Positions 15,401 to 33,309 of a DNA stretch of 64,000 nucleotides are shown here, piece after piece. Source of the stretch: Macrostomum hystrix (lineage: Eukaryota > Animalia > Platyhelminthes); the NCBI GenBank assembly GCA_950097015.1, contig CATNEN010000033.1:5249107-5313106 (forward strand), read 5' to 3'. The notes under the pieces are model-generated. The model worked only from the letters and a program-made list of their open reading frames with translations, was not told the DNA's origin and ran no database searches. The position numbers were made by a program, and so were the translations under genes. Position 1 is the stretch's first letter; every line of letters begins with the position of its first letter.

Positions 15401-17018
15401 CCTTGAGCCATTACTTGGTACTCAAACTGGCCCCTAGTTAATGTCGAGAATGCCGTCATATGTTTGTGTTCTTCTTTAATTGGGACTTGCCAGTATCCAG
15501 AGTTAAGGTCTAAACTGCTGAAATACTGACTTCCAGTAAGGTGAGAGAATGTCTCCTGAATATTAGGTAACGGATACGGATAGTACTCCACACGAGAATT
15601 CAGTACTCGAAAGTCACTCACGATCCTTATTGTACCATCCTTCTTTGGTACTATGACCAAGGGTGTCGAATAGGTGCTATAACATGGCCTAATCAGGTTT
15701 TTGGCCAGCATGTCATCAAGCAAATCATCCACCTGTTTTTGCAAATGAGGCGGAATTCTGCGAGTCGGTATTCTGACTGGCGTAGTATCTTTAAGAGCAA
15801 TTTCATGCGTCACCAAATGTGTCAGACCCATATCTTGCTCGGTCTGAGAGAACGCTGCTCTGTTCTCTTTCAGCAATTGTATAACTTGTTCCTTTTGTTT
15901 CCGAATTCATCTCTCCGATGTTAACCTCCTTGATCCATTCATCAATGTCCTTTGAGGCTTCCTCTCTCTTTACAGCATTGACTTGTCCGGTATTTTGACT
16001 CGAATTGATTGAATTAACAAAATAATTCAAGTTCTTCGCTGTTAATGGCTTGGCATAGCCAATAAGAGCTGCTCCTTTCACTTTGACTTCTCTGTTCTGT
16101 TTATTGACTAGTTCTATGACTCCAACTCCTTCGTTCAAGGTTACTAATGCTGGTACTAGCTCCAGATCATAACCTTTGGCTGCAATATAGCCGTCATTAG
16201 TCTCAATCACCATGGGAGTACCGTAATTAGCTTCGGCATTTTCTCCCAATCGGATTGGCACTTTCAAAGCACTATTCGCTGGTATCGTGATCTGATTCTG
16301 GCAATAGACTCGTCGAATTCGAACAGGTAGTCTTGTGAACTGAATTGGGATGCAGATCCCATCTTTCAGTACCAAGACTCCTTTACTGAAATTGATACCA
16401 TCACAGTAGTCTGTGAGAAAGTCCATTCCAAGGATGTCGTCACAGTCGTGGTCACACAGAAGAAATCTTGTCTCAATCTCAATTTCTCCGAACTTCACTT
16501 TAAGCATTGCTTCACCTCTAAGTGACACAACTGTTCCGTCAAACGTGGTGACTCTCAAATTGCATGGTTCTATCTCGTCGTCCACAAACCACTCTCTTCC
16601 ATGAACTCCTACTTAAGAAGTTGTTTCCGGCTCCTGTGTCTATCAAAAACATAATATCTCGCTTTCGTATCTTTCCATTCACAATTGCTTCCTGACCTTT
16701 CTTGACCGGCTCTGGGATTCTGATCGTCTCAATGGGTGACTCACTTTTAATTTCTTTGCTAGCGGCTTTCTGACCTGTTTCACATGGTGTAACTGGTGCT
16801 TTCGCATGTGCTTGCATTTTTGCAGTGCTGGGTGCATACGCATGGTGCTGTCTCATTTCTTGCGGCTGATTAAACTTGTTGAAATAATAATTATTTTTCT
16901 TGTAAGCAAAACGTTGGTTATCAATTTTATACGCACTATTTACAAACTCTGAGGCCTGGAATTTGTTAAAGGATTTTCCGGAGGAACGGGGCCTCGACTT
17001 ACGTCCCTCGTATTTTAG
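12409..17018 (-). CDS. pol: Gypsy-1 pol (protease, RT, RNase H, integrase, acidic tail); entered by -1 frameshift, interrupted by 4 single-base indels
   Basis: FLIDTGA protease; YIDD RT; DASE/TDH RNase H; HHCC (H...H...C..C) and D,D,E integrase (IDLIG, TDNG, VERFN). Confidence 0.92.
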
Positions 17019-17024
17019 TTTCCC
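16981..17024 (-). promoter_or_regulatory. Programmed -1 ribosomal frameshift signal at the gag/pol junction
   Basis: G GGA AAC (17024-17018) lies in gag phase directly before TAA; the -1 frame is open for 54 codons into the pol ORF; 8-nt spacer, then stem gagggacg/cgttcctc. Confidence 0.8.
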
Positions 17025-17924
17025 TGGTTCTGGAAGTTCTGCTGACCGTTGCCCATCCTCATAGGACAGAATCTGGCAATATGGCCGAGTTTTCCGCAGT
17101 TGAAGCAGGTTCGGTTCTGGTTCAAGAATTGCGGCCCATTGTACTGCGTATTCTGCTGTTGCAGGAACTTAGGTACATATGGCTTCCTTGGTACGTACTG
17201 TTTCTCAGCCATTTTGCTGGTGAGCTCCTGCAAGAGTTTCTGCTGTCTTTCAATTTCTTCCTTCTGCTTCACAATTGTTGCCCTTAGAGACTCCTCTTCC
17301 TCTTCACCATTTCTGGTAATCCTTACTCCGGCACCTTTGTGTGTCATGCTCCAGGCGGCTTCCAACCTTCTAAGCATTCTCTTTAGTTCCTGTAGATTGG
17401 CAGGCTGAGCAAAGATTAGTTTCTCCCTCATGTCAGCGGATATCTTGGCTCCCTTGATGTATTGCTCAACCAGTTCATCTTCTCGTTGCTCCATTGTCAT
17501 GTTTGGGAAGGCTCTGGCAGCCAGTTCAATCAGACTATCTGAATAGGCTTCTACCGATTCATTCTTGCCTTGCATTCTTCCTCGAAACTCTTCTCTGAAT
17601 TCTGCTGGGCTTCCAGTTCGTCCGAATCTTTCTGCCATCCGCTCCTTGAATTCTTCGTAGTCAAGGTTTTTCTGGGAGGTTCATTCTCTGTACAGAGGCA
17701 AATACTGTGGACAAGTCCAAGTTGGCAAGCAATTCCTGCTTTCGATGGTCCACATCAATTCCTTCTGTCTCGCATCTTTGATCAAATGCGGTGAGCCACA
17801 CCCGAATATCCTGATTAGGTGTGAACTTTTGGATCTTCACATGGCGTGTTGGAGCAATCTCCAACCGATTTCTCAGCTCTTCCGCGAGTACAGCCATCAA
17901 ATCTTGTACTTGAGCTTGATCCAT
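17015..17924 (-). CDS. gag: Gypsy-1 gag; apparent extra base in the run at 17667-17671
   Basis: ORFs 17661-17924 and 17015-17638 join as ...PENLDYEEFKERMAE...; knuckle CFNCGKLGHIARFC. Confidence 0.9.
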
Positions 17925-17968
17925 TGTTACTCCTCAATGGGGTTATTTCGCTGTTTCTCTGATCCTTT

Positions 17969-17980
17969 CCGCTGCCACCA
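17969..17980 (-). promoter_or_regulatory. Primer-binding site TGGTGGCAGCGG, tRNA-Leu type
   Basis: 4 nt from the 5' LTR; complementary to the ...CCGCTGCCACCA 3' end of metazoan tRNA-Leu(AAG/TAG). Confidence 0.8.
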
Positions 17981-17984
17981 AAGT

Positions 17985-18368
17985 TGTAACAGGGCTTGTC
18001 TCTCTACTTTTCTCTCTAATGGTAGCGTATCACTCGGCACGAGCGGTTTAACCTTTTAAGGCACTGGCTTACTATTCTCCAGTCTTTGCTGGGCGTTTTC
18101 TGTGGATCAGAGGGTCACAGCCTCAAATAACCAACTCAACACTTTTCTTCTTCAGTAATAGCTTATTTGCTTTTCGCCACACTGGCACGTTGATTTGTCT
18201 CAACTGAATTACACTCGTTTATATACACAAAAGAAAATGTTTGTTAAAGTAAACGAATTTGACAAAATATTTAAAATATATTACATATAAAAAATATTTT
18301 GCGCATTCAAACAAAAAGCATAGGCACGAATTTGACTTAAAAGAAATAATAAAAGCATCCCTACTACA
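17985..18368 (-). repeat. 5' LTR of Gypsy-1
   Basis: See 3' LTR. Confidence 0.95.
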
Positions 18369-19184
18369 TACACATAATGAGCTTTTTCATTGCATGAAGC
18401 TCTCACTAGACCAGAGTAGGCCCATCCAATGCATGTATACACTGCACATGTCATCTCAGACTGTCATGTCTTGTCAGACTGTATTCATGTATTTCTTTTC
18501 TCCTTTTTTCTCGGATAGAATTGAAATGACAAAATATTAATTTTGGCCTTATTGTACTGACAGCCCATAGTGTAACATTTTTTTCATTCAGACTCGGTTT
18601 CATCTGGATCTAGACCTACGAGTATTAAGGAAGCAAATTCTTTGAAGGCACTTGGCCCTCCTCCTTCTGCATGTAAAGTTGCATTAGGCGTATTCAGCCA
18701 ATACCTCTATTTATATAGTAGTAGGTTTATTATTGTAAATATTGGCATTTAGCAGTAGGCGTGTGGGCCTAAGCTTATTGGCAGCCATCAGCAAATGGCT
18801 CGACAGTTCGGTAATAAATGAGAATGAGCAGCCTAGCATGAATGCCCTGGGTTTCTTGACACTTTTTGGTTAGGCAGTCGGCAGGTGGCAGGCGGTAGGT
18901 GCCGGTAGTCTCTCTGAAAAAGAGAGAATAGGTCACAGAAGTTAGTGGTGGCTCTTTATGCTACTGTAAGTAAAATGTAAAGTAAAATGAACATTTTTTC
19001 CGGAGAATTTGCGAATCCGAATTGATACGGAAGTTGTATATTATACGTAAATTTATAACAATTTTTTCTTGTTTTATTGTCAATTTATTGGACTGACTAG
19101 CTATGATATAGCGTTTTTGTCATTTAGAATTGCTTTTTAAGCAATAAATGCGCAATAGATAGACTTATAAAACAGTTTTTTTCC

Positions 19185-19275
19185 CCGTTCGGTTGATGAT
19201 TCTCTGTTCGGTTTGATGATACAATGAATTTGAAAACCGAACCGAACAGCAAAAATTATATCATCAACCGAACGG
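19185..19275. repeat. Inverted repeat ccgttcggttgatgat/atcatcaaccgaacgg, with further gttcggtt(t)gatgat copies inside and at 19622-19660; probable MITE remnant
   Basis: 16-bp perfect inverted pair. Confidence 0.55.
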
Positions 19276-19751
19276 AAGTGTTTGCAAAGCAAGTGTCAAA
19301 CTTTTGATGTATTTGTCTATAACAAACAAAAGACAAATTTATAATGAATTCAACGAGATGCTGGGTTTGCAAATTGACGAAGAAATAAAATTGTTATAAG
19401 ACTTTTGCCCACTCTTATGAAAAGCATTAAAACTTCAAAAAAACTTGCTTTTGCGATAAAAATTTCTACTAAAACGTCCATATCTTTCTTTCCTCTTAAT
19501 GCTTCATTGCATGTAATGCCTCAGCTTGTAGATAATTTCTTCGACTTTCAAATTAGTTGTTCTGTGAAACACAATAGCTTGTTTCTGTCTTGCACGAGAC
19601 CAAGGAAGGAGACAAAATTCTTGTTCGGTTTTGAAGATACACTGTTCGGTTGATGATACATTACCCTAGTACTTGGCGATTCTGTAAATTCAGGTTGTGA
19701 TAAATATCTTTTTTCAAGCATTTTCCTTTTTTATTCCACAGCAAACAATTG

Positions 19752-22407
19752 ATGTCAGCTGGATCAGACACTGAACAGCTGCCTGTGGTGATCTGCGGAG
19801 CTGGCATCATTGGCTGCTCACTGGCCTATTATCTGGCCAAGCGGGGTGTGCGCAGCATCCTATTGGAGCGAGTGGCCATCGCCAGTGCAGCCTCTGGCAA
19901 GGCCGGCGGCTTCCTGGCTCTGGACTGGTGTCGCGGCCCACTGAATGCGCTGGCCAGAGAGAGCTTCCGGCTGCACAGCGAGCTGGCAGAGGAGCTGGGC
20001 GCCGAAGTGATCGATTATCGGTGCGGCCTGTTTTGCGGAGGTGTTAAGGCTGATTATAGAGGCCTGTTTTATGGAGGTGTTAAGTATGATTATCGAGGCC
20101 TATTTTATGAAGGTGTTAGGTATGATTATAGAGGCCTGTTTTATGCAGGTGTTAAGTATGATTATAGAGGCCTGTTTTATGAAGGTGTTAGGTATGATTA
20201 TAGAGGCCTGTTTTATGCAGGTGTTAAGTATGATTATAGAGGCCTGTTTTATGGAGGTGTTAAGTATGATTATAGAGGCCTGTTTTATGGAGGTGTTAAG
20301 TATGGTTATAGAGGCCTGTTTTATGGAGGTGTTAAGTATGATTATAGAGGCCTATTTTATGAATGTGTTAGGTATGATTATAGAGGCCTGTTTTATGGAG
20401 GTGTTAAGTATGATTATAGAGGCCTGTTTTATGGAGGTGTTAAGTATGATTATAGAGGCCTGTTTTATGGAGGTGTTAAGTATGATTATAGAGGCCTGTT
20501 TTATCGAGGTGTTAAGTATGATTATAGAGGCCTGTTTTATGGAGGTGTTAAGTATGATTATAGAGGCCTGTTTTATGGAGGTGTTAAGTATGATTATAGA
20601 GGCGTGTTTTATGGAGGTGTTAAGTATGATTATAGAGGCCTGTTTTATGGAGGTGTTAAGTATGATTATAGAGGCCTTTTAGATTCAAAGAATCAGAGCT
20701 CGTTCGCCAAATCCCACCAGACGCCTGGACACTCTGTCGGTTGAGTTCGGCTCCAGCGATGGCCAAACGAGCCAGAGCAATCCCGACCTGCCGGACTGGG
20801 TAACTGGGCCGGTGTCCGACTGCGGCCACCTGGGCAGTACTCAAAATACAGCTCAGGTGCACCCGGGAAAGCTGACTAAGGCGCTGGCCGCTAAGGCTGC
20901 CGAGCTCGCAGGCACCGAGGTGAATAAAATTTCCTCAGCTTTGAACTAGCGCTTACAATGAAAATTTGTGTGGTATCGAGACTAAAATCATATTATTTAT
21001 GACCAATACGTTAATACGAATGACCAATACTTTAATACGAATGACCAATACTTTAATACGAATAACCAATACTTTAATACGAATGACCGATACTTTAATA
21101 CGAATGACCAATACTTTAATACGAATGACAAATACTTTAATACGAATGAACAATACTTCTGGTGCGAATGACCAATGCTCCTAATGCGAATGATCAATCG
21201 CCACGCCCAGGTCCGCATCGCTACGGTGACGGGCCTGCAGTATTCCTCCGAGCCGGATCCGGACACTGGCCATCTGCGCGTCAGCCACGTCCTGGTCGCT
21301 GGCGGTGGCCCGCCGGTGCCCTGCTCCGCCGCGGTGCTGGCCATGGGGCCCTGGACCGACGTCGGGCTCGCCTGGCTGGGCCAGCCGCCTGGGCAGGTGC
21401 GAGGCCACCGGGCTCACTCACTGGTTGTGCAGCCGGCCGAGCCAGTGTCTCCGCACGCCCTGTTCACCCAAATGGACGCCGGCCGGGCGTCGCCAGAGTT
21501 TTACCCCCGGCCGGACGGCACCGTCTACGTGTGCGGCCTGGGCGACGATCCGCCACTGCCGGAGTCCGCCGATTTGGTTAGTTGCGTATTGGTTTTGTTT
21601 GGCGGTTGCTATGGCCTGACGGATGGTTACTATGGCCTGTGGGATGGTTGCTATGGCCTCTGGATGGTTGCTATGGCCTTTGAGATGGTTGCTATGGCCT
21701 ATGGGATGGTTGCTATGGCCTCTGGGATGGTTGCTATGGCCTCTGGGATCGTTGCTATGACATCTTGGATGGTTGCTATGGCCTCTGGGATGGTTGCTTT
21801 TAGCCTCTGGGATGGTTGCTATGACATCTGGGATGGTTGCTATCGCCTCTGGGATAGTTGCTTTTAGCCTCTGGGATTGTTGCTATGGTCTCTGGGATCG
21901 TTGCTATGGCCTGCGTGATCGTTTCTACTGCTTGTGGAATCGTCGCTTATGCTTGTGGGATCATTGCTACGGCCTTTAGGACCGTAGTAGCTAAGGCCTG
22001 TGGAATCGTTATTACAGCCTAGAGAAGGATTGTAATAGACAAAAAAGTTTTTATAGGGGCAGCTTACTGTGTTGCCAATCCTGTGCTTCCTGCCAACCCT
22101 GCGCCCCGTGACTGATTGACAGGTGACTCCGGACCAGGGCCGCAGCGACCGGCTCTGGTGCCTGGCAGCGGCCTGCTCGGACCGGCTGGCCAGGGGCCGC
22201 ATATTGGCCAGCCAGGCCTGCTACTTGCCCCTGGCCGAGCGCAACCTGCCTCTGATTGGCCGGGCGCCCGGCCGGCATAACGCATTCGTGGCTGCCGGGC
22301 ACAGTTGCTGGGGCATCCTGAATGGCCCGGCCACCGGACGCATGCTGGCCGACCTTATCATTGACAGCCGATGCGACTTCATCGATTCCAGGCCGTTCGC
22401 TCTCTGA
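19752..22407 (+). CDS. FAD-dependent oxidoreductase, DAO family (yeast Tda3-like), 372 aa; exons 19752-20020, 20721-20919, 21211-21576, 22123-22407
   Basis: VICGAGIIG Rossmann motif, ASGKAGGFLA, TAQVHP, EFYPRPDGTVYVCG, GHSCWGILNGPATG; intron phases are consistent and give one ORF. Confidence 0.92.
20013..20680. repeat. Intronic minisatellite, 36-bp unit gattatagaggcctgttttatggaggtgttaagtat (oxidoreductase intron 1)
   Basis: Direct periodicity; translates as DYRGLFYGGVKY. Confidence 0.95.
20998..21190. repeat. Intronic minisatellite, 21-bp unit atgaccaatactttaatacga (oxidoreductase intron 2)
   Basis: Direct periodicity. Confidence 0.93.
21603..21915. repeat. Intronic minisatellite, 21-bp unit tgggatggttgctatggcctc (oxidoreductase intron 3)
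   Basis: Direct periodicity. Confidence 0.92.
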
Positions 22408-23406
22408 CGTAGCGTCGAATTTCTAGGAAATGTACTCGTATTTTAATTTCGCGCTAAGAAAAAATAAAAAAAATGTTTGATAAAAGCCTTCTGTAGATTC
22501 AATTTTGCGTTGCGCAATTCGTGTGTACTTTTACTTCAGATTTTTATGGAATTCGTCTAAGAGATGTATCAGGGTAACTTCAAATTCATAGTATTTCTCA
22601 CTTTTTGTGGTGACGAGTCAAACTGCTGTTAATTGGAATTAAGAAACTCGTGGACTCAAAATAGATTATTCCATTGCCTGCGAATATAAATCACTTGGCT
22701 AGATCACCTAGCTCTAAATAGACGGCGCTTTCAGAAGAAGTGTTTGCTTTTCTTGTGGCTTATTTTGCTAGGTTCATTCTGCTATTTATTTTCTATTTCG
22801 TGTTTTAACAGCATGTACTACTGTCAGTTTAATGATGAGTAGTACCTGGTTTTTATTCTGTAAATTGTTAAAAGCTATCGCAAAGTCATATTTTTATGCT
22901 AAATAAAGTTCGGATTTGCACAATGAAACCGCTTGCTAGATCTAATTGACTGCGAAAAAGTGAGCAGAGAATATAAAATCACTTTCTGCTACTTTGCTTG
23001 ATTTCCTTTCATTCGAAAAAAAATCAAAGCACTACAATGACTACTCATGCTCTGCATAATGAGCATTGTCGTCTTAGACATTAATATTTATAACTTAACG
23101 ACCATCAAAGGGCCAACTAGAACAAGACTCACTTCGGAGATCGACTTCTGCTCAAATCTTGAGATTTCTTGTTTAAATAAAAGCAAATAAATAGCACAGC
23201 TGGACAGCGGTGGGGGCGGTTGTTTAGTTGTTCTCAGCGCACTCGGTTGCCATGATGAACTGGCAGAGATGAGACCAGTATGTTTGCTCTGCAGCTCAGC
23301 AAACAGGGGCCGCCCTCCGATTATATTGTCAAAGCTCAGTCCACCTTACAGGTGGAGCACAGAACTCGAGCCCAGCCGCCAAGCAGCTAAAACAGCCGCC
23401 GCAACA

Positions 23407-23640
23407 ATGTGCCGCAACAGAGCCGACTGCCTGTCCTGCCTGTGGACCTTCCTGTGGCTGCTGGTGCTGATCCTGCTGGCCTGGCCCGTGGCCTTCCTTC
23501 TGTTCCCCATCTTCCTGCTGCTGCTGCCGACCAAGGCCTGCTGCGGGCCCTGCGCTGCCTTCGTTGACTTGCTGCACCAGGGCGTCCTGCTGCCGCTGTT
23601 CTGTGCCATCAACGCTATGGACGGCACTCCGATGTGCTGA
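23407..23640 (+). CDS. Small Cys-rich membrane protein, 77 aa, unknown function
   Basis: MCRNRADCLSCLWTFLWLLVLILLAWPVAFLLFPIFLLLLPTKACCGPC...GTPMC; GC-rich coding-like island in AT-rich DNA; long hydrophobic segment broken by W-P. Confidence 0.72.
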   Translation: MCRNRADCLSCLWTFLWLLVLILLAWPVAFLLFPIFLLLLPTKACCGPCAAFVDLLHQGVLLPLFCAINAMDGTPMC

Positions 23641-25311
23641 GGCTGGCTTGGCGACCGCCTAGCAACCAACCAAAAACAGTTTAAATGAGCCTTTTAAACA
23701 CTGACTTGCACCCTGACTTCTGCTGTAAATGCGCTCATGATTTTCGCTATTTTTTCTGCTGAAGTTTGTACATAAAAAACAAAATGTTAAACCACAGAAT
23801 AGATAGATGCAAAATGAGTAGAGCCAAAGGCAAAGAGCTCAAACTATAGATTATTTTGTATCTTAGTGTCTAAATTTATGAGCACTTAGATGGGCTATGC
23901 GTGTATTATTAGTAGTAATAGATATTATGTATGTGGATCAGTGCCGGGTGGTCGCACCCAGCAAGCCTTCGCATGCGCAGAGCAGCTGGAACAAACAGGG
24001 GGTCAGGGCGAATGGGGCCGACAACAGAAAAAAACAGCGAAGCAGCGGGGCGGGCAAAAGCGGCAAAAAAGCGTAAAAAGCGGAGATTCCATCATCCCGT
24101 GCAGGTGCTCTTAGATAAGCCAGCGAAAAGCGGCGACTGTTCCACTAGCCCGGCATAGCAACCGCAGGTGTGCCTTGGTTACGGGGCCGTAAACTTACCC
24201 CAGCACATATAAATCTATAGAATTCTATCTATAGCGATTTGCGGTACATGCTACTGCAGGGCTAGTGACGCGACGGTTCGCGCAAATTCTCACAAAATCG
24301 CTTCATAATTAAGACGTGCTCATTAAATTTGTAATCGAAAGGTAAAAAATTGCACAAATTCTTATAAACAAGTGAACAGAAACACAATACAGACTTTGAA
24401 AATAGCTGGAAAAGCAAATGGTAGGCCAGCAACAAAGCAGCGGCAGTAAGAGAGCGAAGGTGAAATCTTACTCATTAAAACATTCAGTTAAGTGTAGGCA
24501 ATATTAATAAGAGTTGCAGTAAAACACCAGTGGTATCAGCATTGCGCACACAAAGCAGCAGCTGACTGACTAGAGTGAGAGAAAAATCAGCGCCCCTTAA
24601 TGGTAAAAAATGTTGACGAAAATGAGAAAAGCAACAACACGCACTATGCTACTGTCCTATGCGGCGAAGCAGTAGTATGCATTGGGTATAGGCTAAGCTG
24701 GTTGGGATAATAATTGTTGCGTCGTTGTTTCCTAGAACAATGGTTTCAATGTAAAATTCTGGAAAATGTCTCATTTATTGCACAGAAGTAAATAGGAAAG
24801 AAGCGGATATGCTACATGTACTACTGGCGTGGAGGTAATTAAACACACATAATTAGCAGAGAGTAGGGAAATCAGAATTCTACATAGACGCTGGGAACAC
24901 TGGGGTTGGTGAATAACAAATTGAGAGAAAAAAATTATAGTCTGGTGTAAAAATAATTTGTTGGACAACAGACAGTAAAAACCTTTAGAAAGTTAACAAT
25001 TTTTATTAGCTAATTTTGAATTTGACGCCAATTCTAGCCATTTTTTGCTGTCGAAAAATTCGTACTCACATTAACGCTTTTCGGCGCCAATTCAAAACTA
25101 GTAAAATAATAAACCAAAAAAGCCTGGCAGGTGAGTCAGTTGCTAGGGAGTTAAACAGTTGCTAATTGTTACATTTAAAGAGAATAAGTATCGTAATAAT
25201 AATTTCTTATAAATTATAACAATAGATAGAAGCAATCGATAGCCGGCACGTGTCAGAGTCTGCGGGCACGCATACAGAATCTGGGCTGTAATTAAATGGC
25301 TCTCCTCAAGC

Positions 25312-30726
<5,415 letters not shown>

Positions 30727-33309
30727 GAATGAAGGCAGCTCAGCAAACTTTAAGGCTTAGCTATCTGTTTGGAAATGATTTTGCTAAATTGACTGCCTCA
30801 GTTTAGTCTGTATTTTTTTACAATTTTAAATGCTGAAATATATATATAGATTGAAATTCCTGAATGTTATTCAATAAGAAATTGAGCCATTGTAAAGTGA
30901 GGTCAATAGATCTTTTTAAATACTTAGATAGAATAGAATAAATTGATAGAAATAGAATAGAACTTAAATAAAATAAATACTGCACTTTCTGTACCTTCTC
31001 ACATAAATTTAATTTGCTAATCAAGACCAAGAACTACTAAATAGTTGACTTAAATGGCTTCAATTTGTGGCTATAGCAAGTGGAATCAGTTTTTTCTGTA
31101 GTTGCTAGCATAGATTGTGATCATTTAAAGCTCAAGTGAAGTCATAGCTAGCCATAACAATACATAAAATTTTATGCCTTAGATTCTAGCCTGGGGTGCA
31201 TCAATATGTTCATAGGCTCTTGAAATAATATAGAATATCACTGAATACAAAAATTACTGAATTTACAAAGGATAACAACATTCCTATATTTAAGAAGCAA
31301 CTTCCAACTACAAGTTAGTAGTTGGAAGTTGACATACAAATCAGACTAACTTAAAAAAACCACTTAAAAGTGTGAAGTTGTAACTTATTCTTATTGCATT
31401 TTCTGTTTTACTGACTCTTAAGATCTGAAAATCCAAGTATCCAATTTCCAAGTATCCAAGTATATATTTATATAATATGCTATTTTTTAATATAAAAGTC
31501 TTACTTTATATGCAATCTACAATATTGTTTGCTACTAGACTACTACTACTAGACTAGACTAACTACTAGAATATAACAGAAGATTAAAAAATAGTAGCAG
31601 TAGTAGAACAAGATAGTAAATAGCTAATTATTGCTATTGAAAGCTCATGATTCTAAGTTGTGCTAGTCCTTTATCACTGTAGCTATCAATTTTGACTGTC
31701 TATTATAGGCCCTAAGAGCTCAGAGGATAACAAATAATTAAAAACTAATGATTGACTTGAATTTCATTGGCTATGTTTACTTACTAAACTTTTTAATGTT
31801 CAATTTTGATCTGATTACAATTCTAGAAACAAGTAGAATTAAATTCAGACACTTTAACCTATGATCAGCGCTTACTAAAAAAACAAGCACCCTTTCAAAA
31901 GACACAAAGCCTGTTTAATTCAAACTTGCCTTTTTTGTCTGAATTACCTATGGCGAAATCGAGCCAACTAGAAAGAAAATCAATAAGAAGTCTAAAAGGA
32001 GACAGCAATTAAAAAACTTATACAATGCTCTATTGTCAAACATTTAGCTATAAGTTACTCACTTGACCAAGAATATCTTTAAAAAGATATGCTCAGTTTC
32101 AAAAGAAAAAATCTGAAATTGGTTTGTTGACTCCACCAAATTCAGAAGACACAGACAATCTGATGGAGGAGGATGGCAAAGAGGATGCTAATTACTTAAA
32201 AATGATAAGCCAGATAGTAAACAATACAAAAATGACAAGATCAGCAATGTTAACAAAGGTTGGATTATTGCAGCCTTTGAGTGAGAAGATTTTGTTGAAT
32301 TAGCCTGGCAGTTAGGTGTAATAGACAACCACTGAACCACATACACAATGGTGAGATCTGGAATGCTGAAAAAGATACATCAAATAAATGATTTTTTTAT
32401 TTACTCTTTCTTTCTCTTTGATCTTTACATTTGTTTTTAACTCATTCATGTAAACACCAAACAGACTGCAACAGTCTACAGTAACAGTGAGGCAGTAGTA
32501 ATTTATATTTTTTCTAATATTAAAAGATAATCATTTTTCTTTTCTAGCTATATTTACTTCAACTGTAGGCCTATTATTGAACATGAAATTTGTAAATTAT
32601 ATTTAAATTATAGGTTTAAAAAATTTACTTGACACTTAAAATTCGCTGCACTCAATAGCAGCGAAAACGTAGTAAAAGCGTAAAAATCTGGCTTTTAAAA
32701 AAATAATGGGGCTAGATCTCAGCAAAAAGAATATAATATTGTTAAAATTATATTTTAATGGAATATGTTTCTTTGGCTGTTTTGCTTGTCGTTTAAAACC
32801 TTTTGACTCGCAGTTTTGTGACTTTGCTTTATTTACTTTCGTTTCATGTATTCTTGGGAACTGGAACGGGCACTAAAAACGTTCAACGACTACTAAGACC
32901 TTCCAGGACCTAGATTTAGTCATCTAGATTCAGCACAGTTAGATGAAAAATATCAAATAAAAAAAATCAAACCAAGAAATAAATCATTCGTGTACTTTCA
33001 TTTAAAGCAACGCTACTATTATTTACTAAAAAATTATTGTTCTAACTCTTCGTAATTTTATTTGGCTTATTGTAATAAATTAAATGAAACTACTTTGCTT
33101 TATCATGCTGCATTTTAATATTTTAAAGGATTGCAATTTTCCAAGACACCGCAAGTTTTTACCCACTCAACTTAATTTAGTGTAGAACTAGAGCGTAGAC
33201 CTACCAACCTAACACCCTTCCCTTCGACTTTCATTGTAATATTCATTTATCATGTTTCTAATCGAATTAGTACAAATAAAGTCAGTATATCAAGCTAGGC
33301 TTGATTTAC

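Larger units (their letters stand above)
11866..18368 (-). mobile_element. Full-length young Ty3/Gypsy LTR retrotransposon (6503 bp)
   Basis: Two 384-bp TG...CA LTRs; TACA target-site duplication (11862-11865 and 18369-18372); gag with CCHC knuckle; PR-RT-RH-IN order. Confidence 0.97.

Noticed and set aside
23935-24205. Possible hAT-like MITE
   Set aside because: Terminal similarity too weak and no TSD.
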